Origin: a virus
Strand: one strand, 5' to 3'
IMG/VR virus record: IMGVR_UViG_3300045012_000235
Location: 60,601 to 124,600 of that record
DNA length: 64,000 nucleotides
Shown: piece after piece, positions 10,830 to 22,163 of the stretch
Layout of the letters: each line of letters starts with the position of its first letter
How positions within the stretch are numbered: position 1 is the first letter of the stretch
The notes under the pieces: model-generated
What the model saw: only the letters and a program-made list of their open reading frames with translations
What the model was told of the DNA's origin: nothing
Databases searched by the model: none
Position numbers and translations under genes: made by a program

Positions 10830-10858
10830 TTGACAACGAAAACACGAGGCCGTAGGGT
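10830..10858 (+). promoter_or_regulatory. Sigma70-type promoter for the exonuclease/recombination operon
   Basis: TTGACA-17 bp-TAGGGT in a divergent intergenic gap. Confidence 0.65.
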
Positions 10859-10895
10859 CCGCGATAGAGAGAGTTAGAGAGGTAGGAGGTGCAGG

Positions 10896-11597
10896 ATGAC
10901 GGTGAGCGAAATCGCTCGAACCGAGATTCGGCAGATTGCCATTCTCGACACAGAAACCACATCGTTGGAGCCACCCCCGGTCGGCAAGATCATCGAGGTG
11001 GCGGTCATGCTCTACGATGTGAAGTTCGCGCAGCCTGTCGCTAGCTTCGCTAGCCTGATTCAGGCCGACTCGAACGAGGCGGAGCCCATCAACGGCATCC
11101 CGGCGGGAATGCTCGGTGCTGCGCGCACGGCAGACTTCGTGTGGCGCGCGGTCCAGTGGCTCATCGAGCCGGCGACCGTCATCATCGCGCATCGCGCTGA
11201 GTTCGATCGGCAGTTTTGTCCAGACCTCGGGAAGCCTTGGATCTGTTCCAAAACCGATATTCGTTGGGGTGATCGGGTACGTGGCGACCATCTTGTTCAG
11301 CTCGCGCTAGGGCTTGGACTCGGGGTCGCGAGCGCACACCGCGCGATGGCCGACGTCGACACGCTCGCGCGTATCCTGACGCGCGTCGCCGAGAAGGGTG
11401 GCGATCTTGAAGCGATGATCGTGCGCGCGATGCGACCAAAGAAGCTCTTCTACGCGCAGGTTTCGTACGAGAGACGACAGATTGCTAAGGATCACGGGTT
11501 TCTTTGGGATGAGGCCAAGCACGGCAAGAACTGGTACCGGTACATGCCGCCCGAGGACACGGGGGAGTTGCCGTTTCCGGTGAGGTTGGTGTCGTGA
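10896..11597 (+). CDS. DEDDh 3'-5' exonuclease (DnaQ-like)
   Basis: ILDTETT, AHRAEFD, AHRAMADV; AGGAGG RBS upstream. Confidence 0.88.
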   Translation: MTVSEIARTEIRQIAILDTETTSLEPPPVGKIIEVAVMLYDVKFAQPVASFASLIQADSNEAEPINGIPAGMLGAARTADFVWRAVQWLIEPATVIIAHRAEFDRQFCPDLGKPWICSKTDIRWGDRVRGDHLVQLALGLGLGVASAHRAMADVDTLARILTRVAEKGGDLEAMIVRAMRPKKLFYAQVSYERRQIAKDHGFLWDEAKHGKNWYRYMPPEDTGELPFPVRLVS

Positions 11598-11968
11598 GCA
11601 ACGACCCTGACTTGATGAGACACGGCGGTAATCCAGAATCGATTGAGGCTCACGAATCAATCAAGGATTACAAGCAAAGGGTCAGGCTAGCCATCTATGC
11701 CGTCGCCAGAAGACGGGGGAGTACTGGAATCACTGCGGATGAAGTATCGGCTGAATGGGGATCGAGTCACAATCATGTAGCTCCAAGGATGACGGAGCTG
11801 AAAGCAGCCGGGTTGTTGGTTCCGACTCAAATTCGCAGGAAAACAAGAGCTGGTCGCTGGGCTCGTGTGTTGGTTATCAAGGGCGTGGAGACTTCGGAAG
11901 CCGGTCAGCCGGAGGACGATGGTGATGTACAGCGACTCGTCGCAGAGCATGTGAGTAACCATCGATGA
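11594..11968 (+). CDS. Winged-helix DNA-binding protein
   Basis: GITADEVSAEWGSSHNHVAPRMTELKAAGLLV pattern; lower GC. Confidence 0.6.
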   Translation: MSNDPDLMRHGGNPESIEAHESIKDYKQRVRLAIYAVARRRGSTGITADEVSAEWGSSHNHVAPRMTELKAAGLLVPTQIRRKTRAGRWARVLVIKGVETSEAGQPEDDGDVQRLVAEHVSNHR

Positions 11969-13011
11969 AGGTCTTCGTCTGGGAAACCAAGACAACGAGC
12001 GAAGACATTGGTCCCGGCTCCACCTTCTGGAAGCGAACCACGCTCGATCCGCAGCTCTCGCTCTACATCCCTGCGATTCGAGCGATGGGGTACGACCCCC
12101 ACGGCTGCATTTACGATGCGCTCCGTAAGCCGGCGCAGTCTCCCGGGACCGTTCCGGTGCTCGACGACGACAGGCTCAAGATTGTGGTCGACGCAGCCGG
12201 TCAGCGTGTGCGTACCAAGGACGGCAAGAAATGGCGACAGACCGGCGACACCGAGGCCGGCTACGTACTTCAAACGCGACCCGAAACTCCAGAGGAGTAC
12301 GGCCAGCGCTGCCTAGAAGCCATCGCCGAGAACCCGGACAGGTACTACGCGCGGGGAGTGGTCGTGCGGCTGGAGGCCGACGAGCGAGAGGCGGCGGCCG
12401 ACAACTGGAACACGGCGGGGCAGATGCGGGAAGCGAAGCGACTCAACATCTACCCCAGGAATCCGGATTCGTGTATCTCGTGGTCGCGCGAGTGCGACTA
12501 CTTGAACGTGTGCGCCGGCATGGCGGCGATCGATGATCCTGTACTGTTCCAACACGAGGCGGCGCACGTCGAGCTGGATAACCTGTCGGACGACCTGAGT
12601 CTGCTCACGCAGTCCTCGATGCGGTCGTACCGATCCTGTCCGCGCAAGTTCTACTACCGGTACGTGCTGCGTCAGCGGCCGCTCAAGAAGGCCGAGACAC
12701 TGTCGACCGGCACAAGCATTCACAAAGCGCTCGACGTGTTCCGTCAAACAGGGGGCGATCTCGAGGCCGCCAAGAAAGCGCTCGTGACCGAGGATCTGTT
12801 CGTGCGCGCCAAGGAAGTAGCAATACTGACCGGCTACGCCGCGCGATGGAGCAAACCCACCGGGGTCGTCGCGATCGAGCATCAGTTCGATATCCCGCTC
12901 ATCAACCCCGAGACGGGGGCCGCCAGCCGAACATACAAGCTAGGCGGTAAGGTGGACGCGATCGTGGCCGCAGAGTCGGCTCAGGAACTGTTGAACCCAG
13001 CGACAGGATGA
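11965..13011 (+). CDS. PD-(D/E)XK Cas4/RecB-like exonuclease, apparently circularly permuted
   Basis: Motif order: WETKT, QLSLY, C-x6-C-x5-C, LTQSSMRSYRSCPRKFYY, GTSIH, EHQF, GKVDAIV. Confidence 0.8.
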   Translation: MKVFVWETKTTSEDIGPGSTFWKRTTLDPQLSLYIPAIRAMGYDPHGCIYDALRKPAQSPGTVPVLDDDRLKIVVDAAGQRVRTKDGKKWRQTGDTEAGYVLQTRPETPEEYGQRCLEAIAENPDRYYARGVVVRLEADEREAAADNWNTAGQMREAKRLNIYPRNPDSCISWSRECDYLNVCAGMAAIDDPVLFQHEAAHVELDNLSDDLSLLTQSSMRSYRSCPRKFYYRYVLRQRPLKKAETLSTGTSIHKALDVFRQTGGDLEAAKKALVTEDLFVRAKEVAILTGYAARWSKPTGVVAIEHQFDIPLINPETGAASRTYKLGGKVDAIVAAESAQELLNPATG

Positions 13012-13937
13012 AAACAATGACCATTGATCTGAAACGAATCACCGAAGGCAAGGTTGCGCGCGAGCCGCGTGTTCTCATCTACTCGGCGGACGGCGTAGGC
13101 AAGACCCGGTTCGCTGCCGGCGCTCCAGACCCGTTCTTCATCGACGTCAACCGTGGCAGCCTCCAGTACGACGTGAAGCGGGTCATTCCGGAGACCTGGA
13201 GCGAAGTGATCGAATGGGTGGGTGCCGTAGAGCAGGGTCTCGTCAAATGCAAGACGCTGGTTATCGACTCCATCACCGATCTCGAGTACATGGGAAACGC
13301 TGAGTTCTTCCCCAACACGACCATCGACAAATGGGACGGGGGTTACGGGCGCGGAGAGGGTTACGCGCTCACGCGTTGGCGAGAGCTGCTCGCAGCGCTG
13401 GAGCGCACATGGGCCGCAGGCAAAGCGATCGTTCTTGTCGGGCACATGACCGTGAAACGGTTCGAGGACCCGACGGGCCCAGGGTTCGAGCGCTACGAAG
13501 TTGCCGCCAAACAGAAGCTCGCCGGATCGCTCAGGCAGTGGGTGGACTATGTGCTCTTCGCCAACATCGAGACGGTGCAGCAGAAGGTCGCCGGGGGAGA
13601 CGTCAAGATGGTCACCAACGGCGTGCGCTGGCTGCACACGCAACGCTCTCCCGCGTTCGACGCCAAGAGTCGAGGGACAACGCTCTTTCCCGAGAGGGTG
13701 CTCCTCTCGTGGGAGGAGTTCGCCAAGGCGAGGGCTGCCGATACAGCCAGACTCGCGGAGCTGCAGACCGAGATCGACGCCATGCTCAAGGAGATCGGTG
13801 ACGACAAGCTTGTGGCCGGCGTCAAGGAGTACATGCGTTCGTACCCCAACATGATCGTCGAGGCCCGCAACCGGGTGTCGGCGAGGCTTGAAGAGTTCCG
13901 GGCGACGGCGAAGCCGCCCGTGCAGAAGAGTGCGTAA
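13008..13937 (+). CDS. AAA_24/Sak4-like phage recombination ATPase
   Basis: LIYSADGVGKT, TLVIDSIT, GGYGRG, VLVGH, FDAKSR. Confidence 0.85.
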   Translation: MKTMTIDLKRITEGKVAREPRVLIYSADGVGKTRFAAGAPDPFFIDVNRGSLQYDVKRVIPETWSEVIEWVGAVEQGLVKCKTLVIDSITDLEYMGNAEFFPNTTIDKWDGGYGRGEGYALTRWRELLAALERTWAAGKAIVLVGHMTVKRFEDPTGPGFERYEVAAKQKLAGSLRQWVDYVLFANIETVQQKVAGGDVKMVTNGVRWLHTQRSPAFDAKSRGTTLFPERVLLSWEEFAKARAADTARLAELQTEIDAMLKEIGDDKLVAGVKEYMRSYPNMIVEARNRVSARLEEFRATAKPPVQKSA

Positions 13938-13961
13938 AAAAGGAAAAAGGAGAAAGAGAAG

Positions 13962-14441
13962 ATGGTTACCCCCGGAAATTACAAGGCACGCGGCATCAAG
14001 AGCAGCGTGCAGCTCGGCGAGACCGAGCGCGGCAACCTCCAGATCGGAATCGATCTGGACATCAAGAACGGATCGGAGTCGCTCGGGCAGATGACGACGT
14101 TCCTCTACTTCACGCCCGAGGCGGCACCCTACAGCTACGAGCGGCTGCGCGCGCTCGGTTGGAAGGGTCAGGGGCCCGACGACATCGACAACATGGACGG
14201 TATCGACGCCAACGAGGTCGATGTTCGTGTCACGGTGCCAGAGCAGTACAAGGACTCGAGCGGTGCGATCAAGATGGGTCAGAGCAAGGTCGAGATTCAG
14301 ACCGGTGGGGTAGGGAAGGTCACCCTCGCCAAGACGGTTGATGGGGCCACCTTCAAGGCGCGACTCAAGGCGATTGGTGGTGCTAGCGGCGGTGGTGCTC
14401 CGGCGGGTGGTGGTGGTTCTGGGCCGAAGCCGCCCTTCTGA
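13962..14441 (+). CDS. Single-stranded DNA-binding protein (putative)
   Basis: Follows the Sak4-like gene; PGNYKAR start and a Gly-rich tail ending KPPF. Confidence 0.65.
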   Translation: MVTPGNYKARGIKSSVQLGETERGNLQIGIDLDIKNGSESLGQMTTFLYFTPEAAPYSYERLRALGWKGQGPDDIDNMDGIDANEVDVRVTVPEQYKDSSGAIKMGQSKVEIQTGGVGKVTLAKTVDGATFKARLKAIGGASGGGAPAGGGGSGPKPPF

Positions 14442-15781
14442 TGAAGATCGATCTGTCGTCCGACCAGCGCGAGGTCTACACCGCGATCTCGCGCTGGTCG
14501 CTGGGCAAGAGCGGGGGCGGCGTACTTGGGTCGACGCTGACGTGTGGGGGCCTCGCGGGATCTGGCAAGAGCACGCTCATTGGCGTGTTCGCCGCAGAGA
14601 CGAAATTGCTCGTCGCGTACGTCTGCTTTACCGGTCGCGCCGCTTCAAACTTGCGTCGCAAGCTCGAGGCGGCTGACGTTGAGACGACGCGCAAGATGCT
14701 GACCGACGACGAGCGGTCATTGACGGGTCGCTGGGCCCATCTCTTCTACGGTCGGCACGATCCAGAGGAGACGATGCCGTTCTGCGACACGATTCATCGC
14801 CTGCTTTATCGGCCCATCATCGACAGTCGGACCGAGGAGCTTCGTGGCTGGGAACGACGTAGCCAGCTTGATCGCTCGTACGACCTCATCGTGGTGGACG
14901 AGGCGTCCATGATTAGCGACACGGTCCTCGAAGATCTTCGCGCGCACGGCGTGCGGGTTCTTGCGGTCGGCGACCACGGTCAGCTTCCGCCCGTTCGGGG
15001 CAGTAGTTCGCTGATGGTCGCCCCCGATCTGCGGCTCGAGAAGATTCATCGGCAGGCCGAGTCGAGTCCCATCATCCGGATGGCGCATGCGCTGCGCACA
15101 ACGGGTCGGTTCGATCCGGCGCTTGCCGATGGTAACGCGGTGCAGGTGCTGTCGAAGTACGAGTACACGAGGGTGCTGAAAGAGTCGGTGGCTACGGCCT
15201 CGAGCGAGGAGTCGTTGAACGCGCACGGACCGACTGCGCCACTCGACGTCGCGGTCGTCTGTTGGAAGCACGTCACCCGCGTCTCGATCAACCGCACCGT
15301 CCGCGAGATGCTTGGCCACCAGGGCAAGCTGCCGCAGGTAGGGGAGCCGGTCATGGCGCTCCGAAACTACCCGCCGGTCTACAACGGGATGCGAGGCTTG
15401 CTTCAGCGAGACGCGGAACAGTTCTCGGACTCCTGGTGGTTGCTCAACGTGGACATCGACTTCCCAGACGAAGGGGTCAACGTCGAGAATCGAAACGTCT
15501 GCCGCGATCAATTTCATCGGCTGCCGCGCCGGCGCGGTGAGCAGTCGACGTTCGGTTCGGTCGACGAGTTGAAGGAGGCTGGCATCAAGGTTGATTCGAT
15601 GGGTGAGGCGGGCCACCTCTACGACTTCGGCTATGCGATGACCGTCCACAAGTCGCAGGGATCGCAATTCGAGCACGTCGTCGTGTGCGTGGATTGGAAC
15701 GAGGGCGATACCGACGACGCGCGGCGGCTTGCGTACACGGCGGTCACGCGCGCCAGCGGTCGGTTGACGGTGCTGCGTTGA
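14441..15781 (+). CDS. RecD/Dda-like SF1B helicase
   Basis: GLAGSGKS, FTGRAA, TIHRLLY, VVDEASM, VGDHGQLPPV, YAMTVHKSQGSQF, YTAVTRA. Confidence 0.9.
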   Translation: MKIDLSSDQREVYTAISRWSLGKSGGGVLGSTLTCGGLAGSGKSTLIGVFAAETKLLVAYVCFTGRAASNLRRKLEAADVETTRKMLTDDERSLTGRWAHLFYGRHDPEETMPFCDTIHRLLYRPIIDSRTEELRGWERRSQLDRSYDLIVVDEASMISDTVLEDLRAHGVRVLAVGDHGQLPPVRGSSSLMVAPDLRLEKIHRQAESSPIIRMAHALRTTGRFDPALADGNAVQVLSKYEYTRVLKESVATASSEESLNAHGPTAPLDVAVVCWKHVTRVSINRTVREMLGHQGKLPQVGEPVMALRNYPPVYNGMRGLLQRDAEQFSDSWWLLNVDIDFPDEGVNVENRNVCRDQFHRLPRRRGEQSTFGSVDELKEAGIKVDSMGEAGHLYDFGYAMTVHKSQGSQFEHVVVCVDWNEGDTDDARRLAYTAVTRASGRLTVLR

Positions 15782-17912
15782 CGTTCGTTCTCCGGCTGGG
15801 CAGTTACTGGCTGCAGGGAGAGAATGGGTGGGGCGAACGAGGCTGCGCTCGCGAGTTCACGGCCTCTGAGCTCAAACGGTTCCTGCAGGCGTTCAATCGG
15901 ATTGCCGAGCCGCCCCCGGCAAGGCCGGACAGTGTCGTGATCGAGGAGACAGATGGCCTGCAACGCGAAACATAAAGGCCGGCTCCTGCAGCGGGTGGAG
16001 AAGTCGGCTCTGCGAGGCAAGCCGCTGACGGTGAAGCCTGTCAGGGAGTAGACGTGCAGAACACATCGTCAGCCGCACACCCGCAAGCGCATGCCAACGG
16101 GTCTCCGTCGGGCGATGGTCCACACGGCTTGACGTGCGGGAAATCCTTACGGCAAGGTACGTCGCGGCCGGGCGTGGTCATCTCATTTTGAGCCGACACG
16201 AACCGATAGACAGGCGGCACGTAGTAGTCGTCTTCCCAGGCACCGCCGCCCTGCATGTGGCCTTCGCGTACCAACTCATAGCGACCTTCACCACGAGCCT
16301 CCCTCGGGTGCGTTAGGTCGCCATCATCCGTCTGGACGTGAGTGCTTCGAGGCTCGTGGCATATTCCGCACACCGGATTACGATCTTCGTTCACCCTGTC
16401 CTCCTCAGCGCGTACATTACGCGCCTAAGATACTCTTTCGTATCCACTCTGTCTCACGTGTCCACCGTCCGCCGGACGCGTCATACACGGCCTCGCGACG
16501 TCGAAACTGGTCGCCATAGACCTGTCCCACGAGACCCTCGCCCTGCTCCCCACCGATGACTCTGCGGATGACGTCTGTCACCGTGCGTACGGTCGGGACA
16601 GGAGAGAGGAGCTGCGCCAGTAGTTCAGGTCTCATGCGGTCTCCGGTTCATTGCGCGCAGGATTATCTCGGGGAGGCGGTCGCCTTCTCCGCACCTTTCG
16701 GCATGCTCCAAGGTCCGCGCAGTGTGCCTCGAGCTGCCATCATCAGACCTTCGAATAGCTGTTCGTCACTTGGCCAGCCGGCAGGCATCGGAGTCATCTC
16801 CCAAGCCCAATGATTGGAAGCCTGGACCCCGCACGACTTGCTAATCAGGTGGATGACCATGCGAGTGGCGATGCGCCTCTGGTCGAGCGTGAGGCCGTTG
16901 GCCTCATCTGGCTTCTTTTTCACCGCTTCGTCCTCCTTCGCGCGCAGGATGGCGCGACGGTTGCTGACTACCTATCATTCCATCCGACGCCTAGCGCGCC
17001 ATCCGACCCCACAACGACCCTACGACCGTTCGCGAAGATGACCTCGTGTGGAGCTTCCGCCGTATCGGCTACGTAGTTGCCCGACTGCGCCTTGGCTGCG
17101 GCCCAAGACATCTCCATCATGTCTTTCAGCTTGTCGACCAACGCTACCCCAGGATCGGTGTCCATGTAACGGCCACGGCGAATCCACCACTCATCGAAGT
17201 CCATCACCTTCGCCTCCTGGCCGCGCGCTTCCCTAGCCATCGCCTTGTATTGCTCGGTCGTGAAAGGACCGAAGCTGCTCGCATCATCCGTCCCGCTGCC
17301 CATCTCGTCCTCCTTCGCGCGCATCACGTCGTCTTCCGAGTGGGACCGGTGCGGACCTGAAACCCGCCAATCCGTACGACCCATCCCCACTGCGCAAGCT
17401 CTGCAATCGCTGCCTCTCTCGTGGACCATCGTGCGGCGCTGGATGGACGAGTGTTCCCATCAACAGGTCGCAAGATAGGAGCGCCCTTGCCGATAGGATG
17501 CGCCACCCACTCGTTCACTTGCTGTTGCAGTGTGCATTCGGGATAGTCCATCCTCGCCTCCTGTTGCTCCACGCGCAGGATGGCGCGCCGATCTTGTTTA
17601 CCGTTCAGCACGGCGGCCTACGGTGCGGCGAGCCCCACTTGGGTCTCCGGTAGAAGCCGCCATATCCGTCAGGCACCGACTCGGGATGCTCGCCTCGCAT
17701 GATGGCTCTCGTCTCGTCGGTGTGCGAAGCCTCCGACCACCCGCATGTCGAGCAGACGTTGCCGTACTTCGGATCGGGGACACACACGAGGTAGCGGTTA
17801 CCGCTGTCAGCAAAGGTCTCGCAAGGGCACTTCATCTTCACGTCTCCTTCGTCTTCAGTTGCTTTGCGCGCATTAGATTGAATCCGTTGGCGGTTCAAAA
17901 CGCCTTGCACGT

Positions 17913-18656
17913 TCAACGCTCATACAATTTCGCGAACATCTCCCGGTAGAACTCCCGGAACGGTGACTCGGCCAAAAACTCCTCGCGCGTCATCCACCTC
18001 ACCGGGCAGCCTGCCTCGGTTTCGCGCGGCTCCCCGGAGGTCACGACGCTGAAGACGGTGACGTGTCGGCCGCGGTCAGCCGCACTCATTGCGGTGGGGG
18101 CGCTGTAGATGACCGACGCACCGATCGTGGTGAGGCCCGTCTCTTCTTCAAGCTCACGCGCTTGCGCTGCAAAGATCGTCTCCCCGTCCTCGACTTTGCC
18201 GCCGGGCATGGACCATCCGTTGTAGCGGCGGTTCCAGACGGCGAGCAGGCGACCGTCGGATCGTTCGACGTAAGACACAGCGGCGCGGGCGGTGCCGACT
18301 TCGTCCGGCTCCAGCAGCTTCATGTCGTCGGCGACCGACTGCAGCGTTTCGAGGGCGGCCACATTCCCCGCCGCAACCTTCTCCACCCACTGCGCGCGTG
18401 AATCGAAGAGTTGGTTGGCTGCTCGCCGGATGACGCGCAAGAGTTTGTCGCGCTCCTTCCGGAGGTAGTCCTCGTTCGAGGCATGCTGCGCGGCCGCGAT
18501 GATCCAGGCGCGAGCGAACCACTTGCCTTCCTCGATCGAGGTGATGTGCTGTCCGGCCACGATTTCGGACGCCATCGCTTCACGGTCGGTGCCAATCCGA
18601 CGTTGCTCGGCGGAGAGTCGCTCGACGAGTTGATCCACGTCCTCGTTCGTGTTCAT
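17913..18656 (-). CDS. Nudix hydrolase with an N-terminal coiled extension
   Basis: Nudix box GGKVEDGETIFAAQARELEEETG. Confidence 0.85.
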   Translation of the reverse strand: MNTNEDVDQLVERLSAEQRRIGTDREAMASEIVAGQHITSIEEGKWFARAWIIAAAQHASNEDYLRKERDKLLRVIRRAANQLFDSRAQWVEKVAAGNVAALETLQSVADDMKLLEPDEVGTARAAVSYVERSDGRLLAVWNRRYNGWSMPGGKVEDGETIFAAQARELEEETGLTTIGASVIYSAPTAMSAADRGRHVTVFSVVTSGEPRETEAGCPVRWMTREEFLAESPFREFYREMFAKLYER

Positions 18657-19562
18657 CAGAATCCGCCTTTCTTTACGCGTTCGGTTTCTTGCTCGGCGAG
18701 CATCCATTCCACGATCTCGATGAGCTCCTGGATCGCTTTCGCCAGCGATTCGTTGCTCGGTGGGTTGTAGAACCCTGTCGCGCCGGGTGTGTCTGCGGGT
18801 ACGGAGCCATCGTCCGTATGAATCCGACCCACGAGCTTTGGTTTGATCACGTCCAGCAAGGACTTGGCTTCACGCGGCGTCATGAATTACCACCTTCTTT
18901 GCCACCATTTCTCCGTACCGGAACCACTCCAGGTCGTCGTACATGCGTCCGTGATCGTCGAACCCGTGGACGAATGAATCGAGCTCGTCGCCCGTGAGTC
19001 CGAGCACACGCAGGATCGTCGCACGCGGCGAGGTTTCGTGCGGTTCGGCGACGGCTCCCCTGATGACGAGCAGCGCGCCGAGGGCGCAGCAGCAGTCTCC
19101 TGTGAGTATCCACTTGCGTTTCGGGCCGATGCCGACGCCCCAGCATCCACGCACAATGCGTGCGGAGAACACCATCGACTGAGCGGCATGCAGGATGTCG
19201 GCGACGGCCGGCGGGACGCCGGATGGGACTTCGGTGGAGAAGGAGAGCGGGGTGGAGAAGGAGAGTTGTTTCATGGTTTGCTCCCGCGCACTTCCATGCA
19301 CTTCTCGTAGGAGATGTTGAACGTGTCGATAAATTTCTCGTCGCTGGGGTTTGGGCTGATGAGTGTGTAGGCCGTCCGCGAGAGCTCGCGGCACTCCTTC
19401 TCGTCTTTGCTCTGCTTGCGCGCCTTCTCGCCGTCCACGGCGCGTTGTTCACATGCTTGGGTCATCTCCGTCTGAAGAAGATCACTGTCGCGATACGCGT
19501 GGATGACCACGACGAGGATGGCTAGGATGATTGGCGAGACAATCGCCCATGACACCAACGCA

Positions 19563-20084
19563 TCATTCGCTCGCATGCGCCTTCTCCCCCAGGTACGCGA
19601 ATCGCCGTACCCGTTTGCCTTCCCACTCCACCCAGTCGGCCCACCCGTCCGGGTCGCCGAGCACGGGGTTGAGCGGGCGGAACTTGACCTTGCCCGTCGT
19701 GTGGCTGACGTAGAGCACGTACGGCAGGTGCGTCTCGTGGTGTTCTACGATGCCTAGCGCTGTGTACGAGGGGCCTTTGTAGTGCTGATAGAGACCCGGG
19801 CGAAAGGTCGGTTCCTCGGTTTTGTTTGGTCCACGCCATGTTTCGTCAGTCACGTGCTGCCTCCATTCTTCCCATGTCCGTTGCTCGCCACCCGAACTCC
19901 TCGCGTGACGGCGCCGACCTTTCGCGCGTAGCCGGTTGAGGACGTTACCCGCCGGTCGCGCGAACGCCCACGTGGGTCGTCGGGTCTCCGGCCAGAGGCA
20001 GGACCCGAAGTAGCCAGGCCCCACCAGGCGATTCTTGGTCTGCTCCACGAGCAGCTTCAAGGCGCGGAGCTCGAAGTCGGTCAC
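19563..20084 (-). CDS. Hypothetical protein with a C-terminal DUF1653-like domain
   Basis: FRPGLYQHYKGPSY...HHET..YVLY; the N-terminal half looks winged-helix-like. Confidence 0.55.
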   Translation of the reverse strand: MTDFELRALKLLVEQTKNRLVGPGYFGSCLWPETRRPTWAFARPAGNVLNRLRAKGRRRHARSSGGEQRTWEEWRQHVTDETWRGPNKTEEPTFRPGLYQHYKGPSYTALGIVEHHETHLPYVLYVSHTTGKVKFRPLNPVLGDPDGWADWVEWEGKRVRRFAYLGEKAHASE

Positions 20085-21920
20085 GACGGCTTCTCGTATT
20101 CGAACGGTTCATCCTCGTCTTGCCAGACGTGGTCGCACCCGATGGGCACATCGGCCGTGAGACGACCGTCGTGTTCCATAAACACGGTGTTGCATGGATC
20201 ACACAGCACGATCCATTTCGCCGAGCCGTGCGTGCCGTCGGGACGCCGGAACGGCAATCCATTTGGGTTCGGAACGAGAAAGATGTGCGCGCTGTAGAGA
20301 TTCGGCTTGTGCACGCAGCCGAGCAGCACGTCGCCAGGCTTGGGGCTCGGTCGATCGCTCACGAGAGGTGCCTGTTCATTGTGGGCACACGGATGCCTTT
20401 GTTTTGGATCGCCAGCAGGGCGGTGCGCATCACAGGGTGGATCTCGTCGTAGGTCATGATCGTGATCTCACGAACTGGTTCAACCGATCGATCGCGCGGT
20501 AAAGCACGCGGTCGATCGCGTACTGCAGTGCGGACCGGATCGGGTTGGCGACGCGCGCCCGCCAGGTCGGCGCATAGGCGTGCTTCCACGGCAGTAGCCG
20601 ACCACACTCCGTGCACCAGATCGGGTCGTTCTCTGTCGAGATCGTCACGCGGTCTCCTTGATCTGACACGCCGTGCACCACTTGAATCCGTACACGCCGG
20701 GCGGCACGCAGCTTCCTTCGCCGAAACCACCAGGCAGTTCGACGGTGCACGGTTTGTCCGGCACGCAGCCGCACGCGTTGCAGCGGCGACCGTCCGGCCA
20801 TGCCGAGCTCGGGACTTCGGCCGGCACATCTTTCCAGGTGACGTGCAGGCGGTCCTTCGGCTTGTGCGCCACTGCCCATGCGCAGCGGGCGGCGAGATCG
20901 ACGGCAGCCAAGTGGGCACGCAATCGGTAGAGGTGCACGAGTCGCCCCTCCTTACCGCGCCGGTGTCGGCCGTGCAGCGTCGTGTACTCGAGCTCGCGGG
21001 TGCCGCGTTCGGTGCCAAGAGAGGCAAGCGCGGTGGGCGTAAGCTGTGCGGCAGCCTTCTGCCAGGAGCCCCAGACGGCGACGCAGTCGGCTGGACTGAG
21101 TTGGCCGGCGACGGGCGGGTGCGCCTCGTGAGCCTCGTAGACCATCGCCAGGAGGGCGATCTGGATGGGGGTGAGGTTCAGCATTCAGGCACGATTCCGA
21201 GAGAGGGACGATGCCGATGCGAGACTGAGGCACCGGTCGCACGGTGTGAAGCCAGCCTCTTGTTTTTCCATGTCCGCGATGGACACCCAGGCACCGCAGC
21301 CGGCCATGAAGCCGCAGAGCGCGCGACCCTCGAAGAGGACGTGCACCGTGGGAGGGTCCGTGGAAGTCAGCCGTCCATGATGCAGTGAACAAACGTGGTA
21401 CGCGGCGATCGGCACACGTCCCGCCTTGCGCGCAGCGACGGGGCATTCGACGTGCCCAACCGGTTCTCCAGCGACGCCGCACTGGGTGCATTCCGCGAGC
21501 TCCGCACCGCATTCGCATCGAACCGACATGGGCCTCTTCAACCACTCCAAGATTGCCTCCAGGCACGAAACGCAGACGTGGTGTTTCACGACGAGGTCCC
21601 CTTCGAGACCGTTGAAGAGGATCGTCTCGGGAGAGCTGCGAACAGGGTCCGTCAGCAGGACTCCGCCTTTCTTGTTCAGCTCGTGGCCGCAACGGCAGCA
21701 CGTGGCGGCGATCACGGCTTCTCCGGCGGCAGCGTGGGCGCGAGCTGCCCTTTGATAAACGCGCGGGCGCGTTCACGTTCCTCGCGGGTGTAAAATCCTC
21801 GTTCGGAGAGCGCGAGATCCATCGCGCATTCGATCTGGTGCGTGCCGGCGTTGCCGCAGACGGGGCACGCGCTGGGCGGGCAGGCCCACTCGGCGAGCAG
21901 GAGAGATTTGTCGGTGTAGG

Positions 21921-22100
21921 TCATCGGCGTTTGCCGTTTGTTTGCAGACCGCGCTCCAGGAGCATCCGCACGACCTCGTTGATGCTCGGTTTGATGCCGT
22001 TGCTTTTGGCAATGCGCTGCTGTTCGGCGAGAATCTTGGCGTGGAGTCGCTTGGAAACTCGCCCGCTTATGACGACGTCTTGTGTTTCCGTTCGTTCCAT
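21921..22100 (-). CDS. Ribbon-helix-helix transcription regulator, paralog 2
   Basis: MERTETQDVVISGRVSKRLHAKILAEQQRIAKSNGIKPSINEVVRMLLERGL; first gene of a leftward operon. Confidence 0.75.
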   Translation of the reverse strand: MERTETQDVVISGRVSKRLHAKILAEQQRIAKSNGIKPSINEVVRMLLERGLQTNGKRR

Positions 22101-22124
22101 CGGTGACAACCGTAGTAAATGTCG

Positions 22125-22153
22125 TTGACGTCTGCAAGAGCTAGTTGTAGGGT
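22125..22153 (+). promoter_or_regulatory. Sigma70-type promoter for the second rightward operon
   Basis: TTGACG-17 bp-TAGGGT; shares TAGGGTCC with the promoter at 10830. Confidence 0.65.
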
Positions 22154-22163
22154 CCTCCGCACG

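Noticed and set aside
11965-13011. Cas4 as the adaptation gene of the CRISPR locus
   Set aside because: It is ~33 kb from the array and embedded in a nuclease-Sak4-SSB recombination operon.
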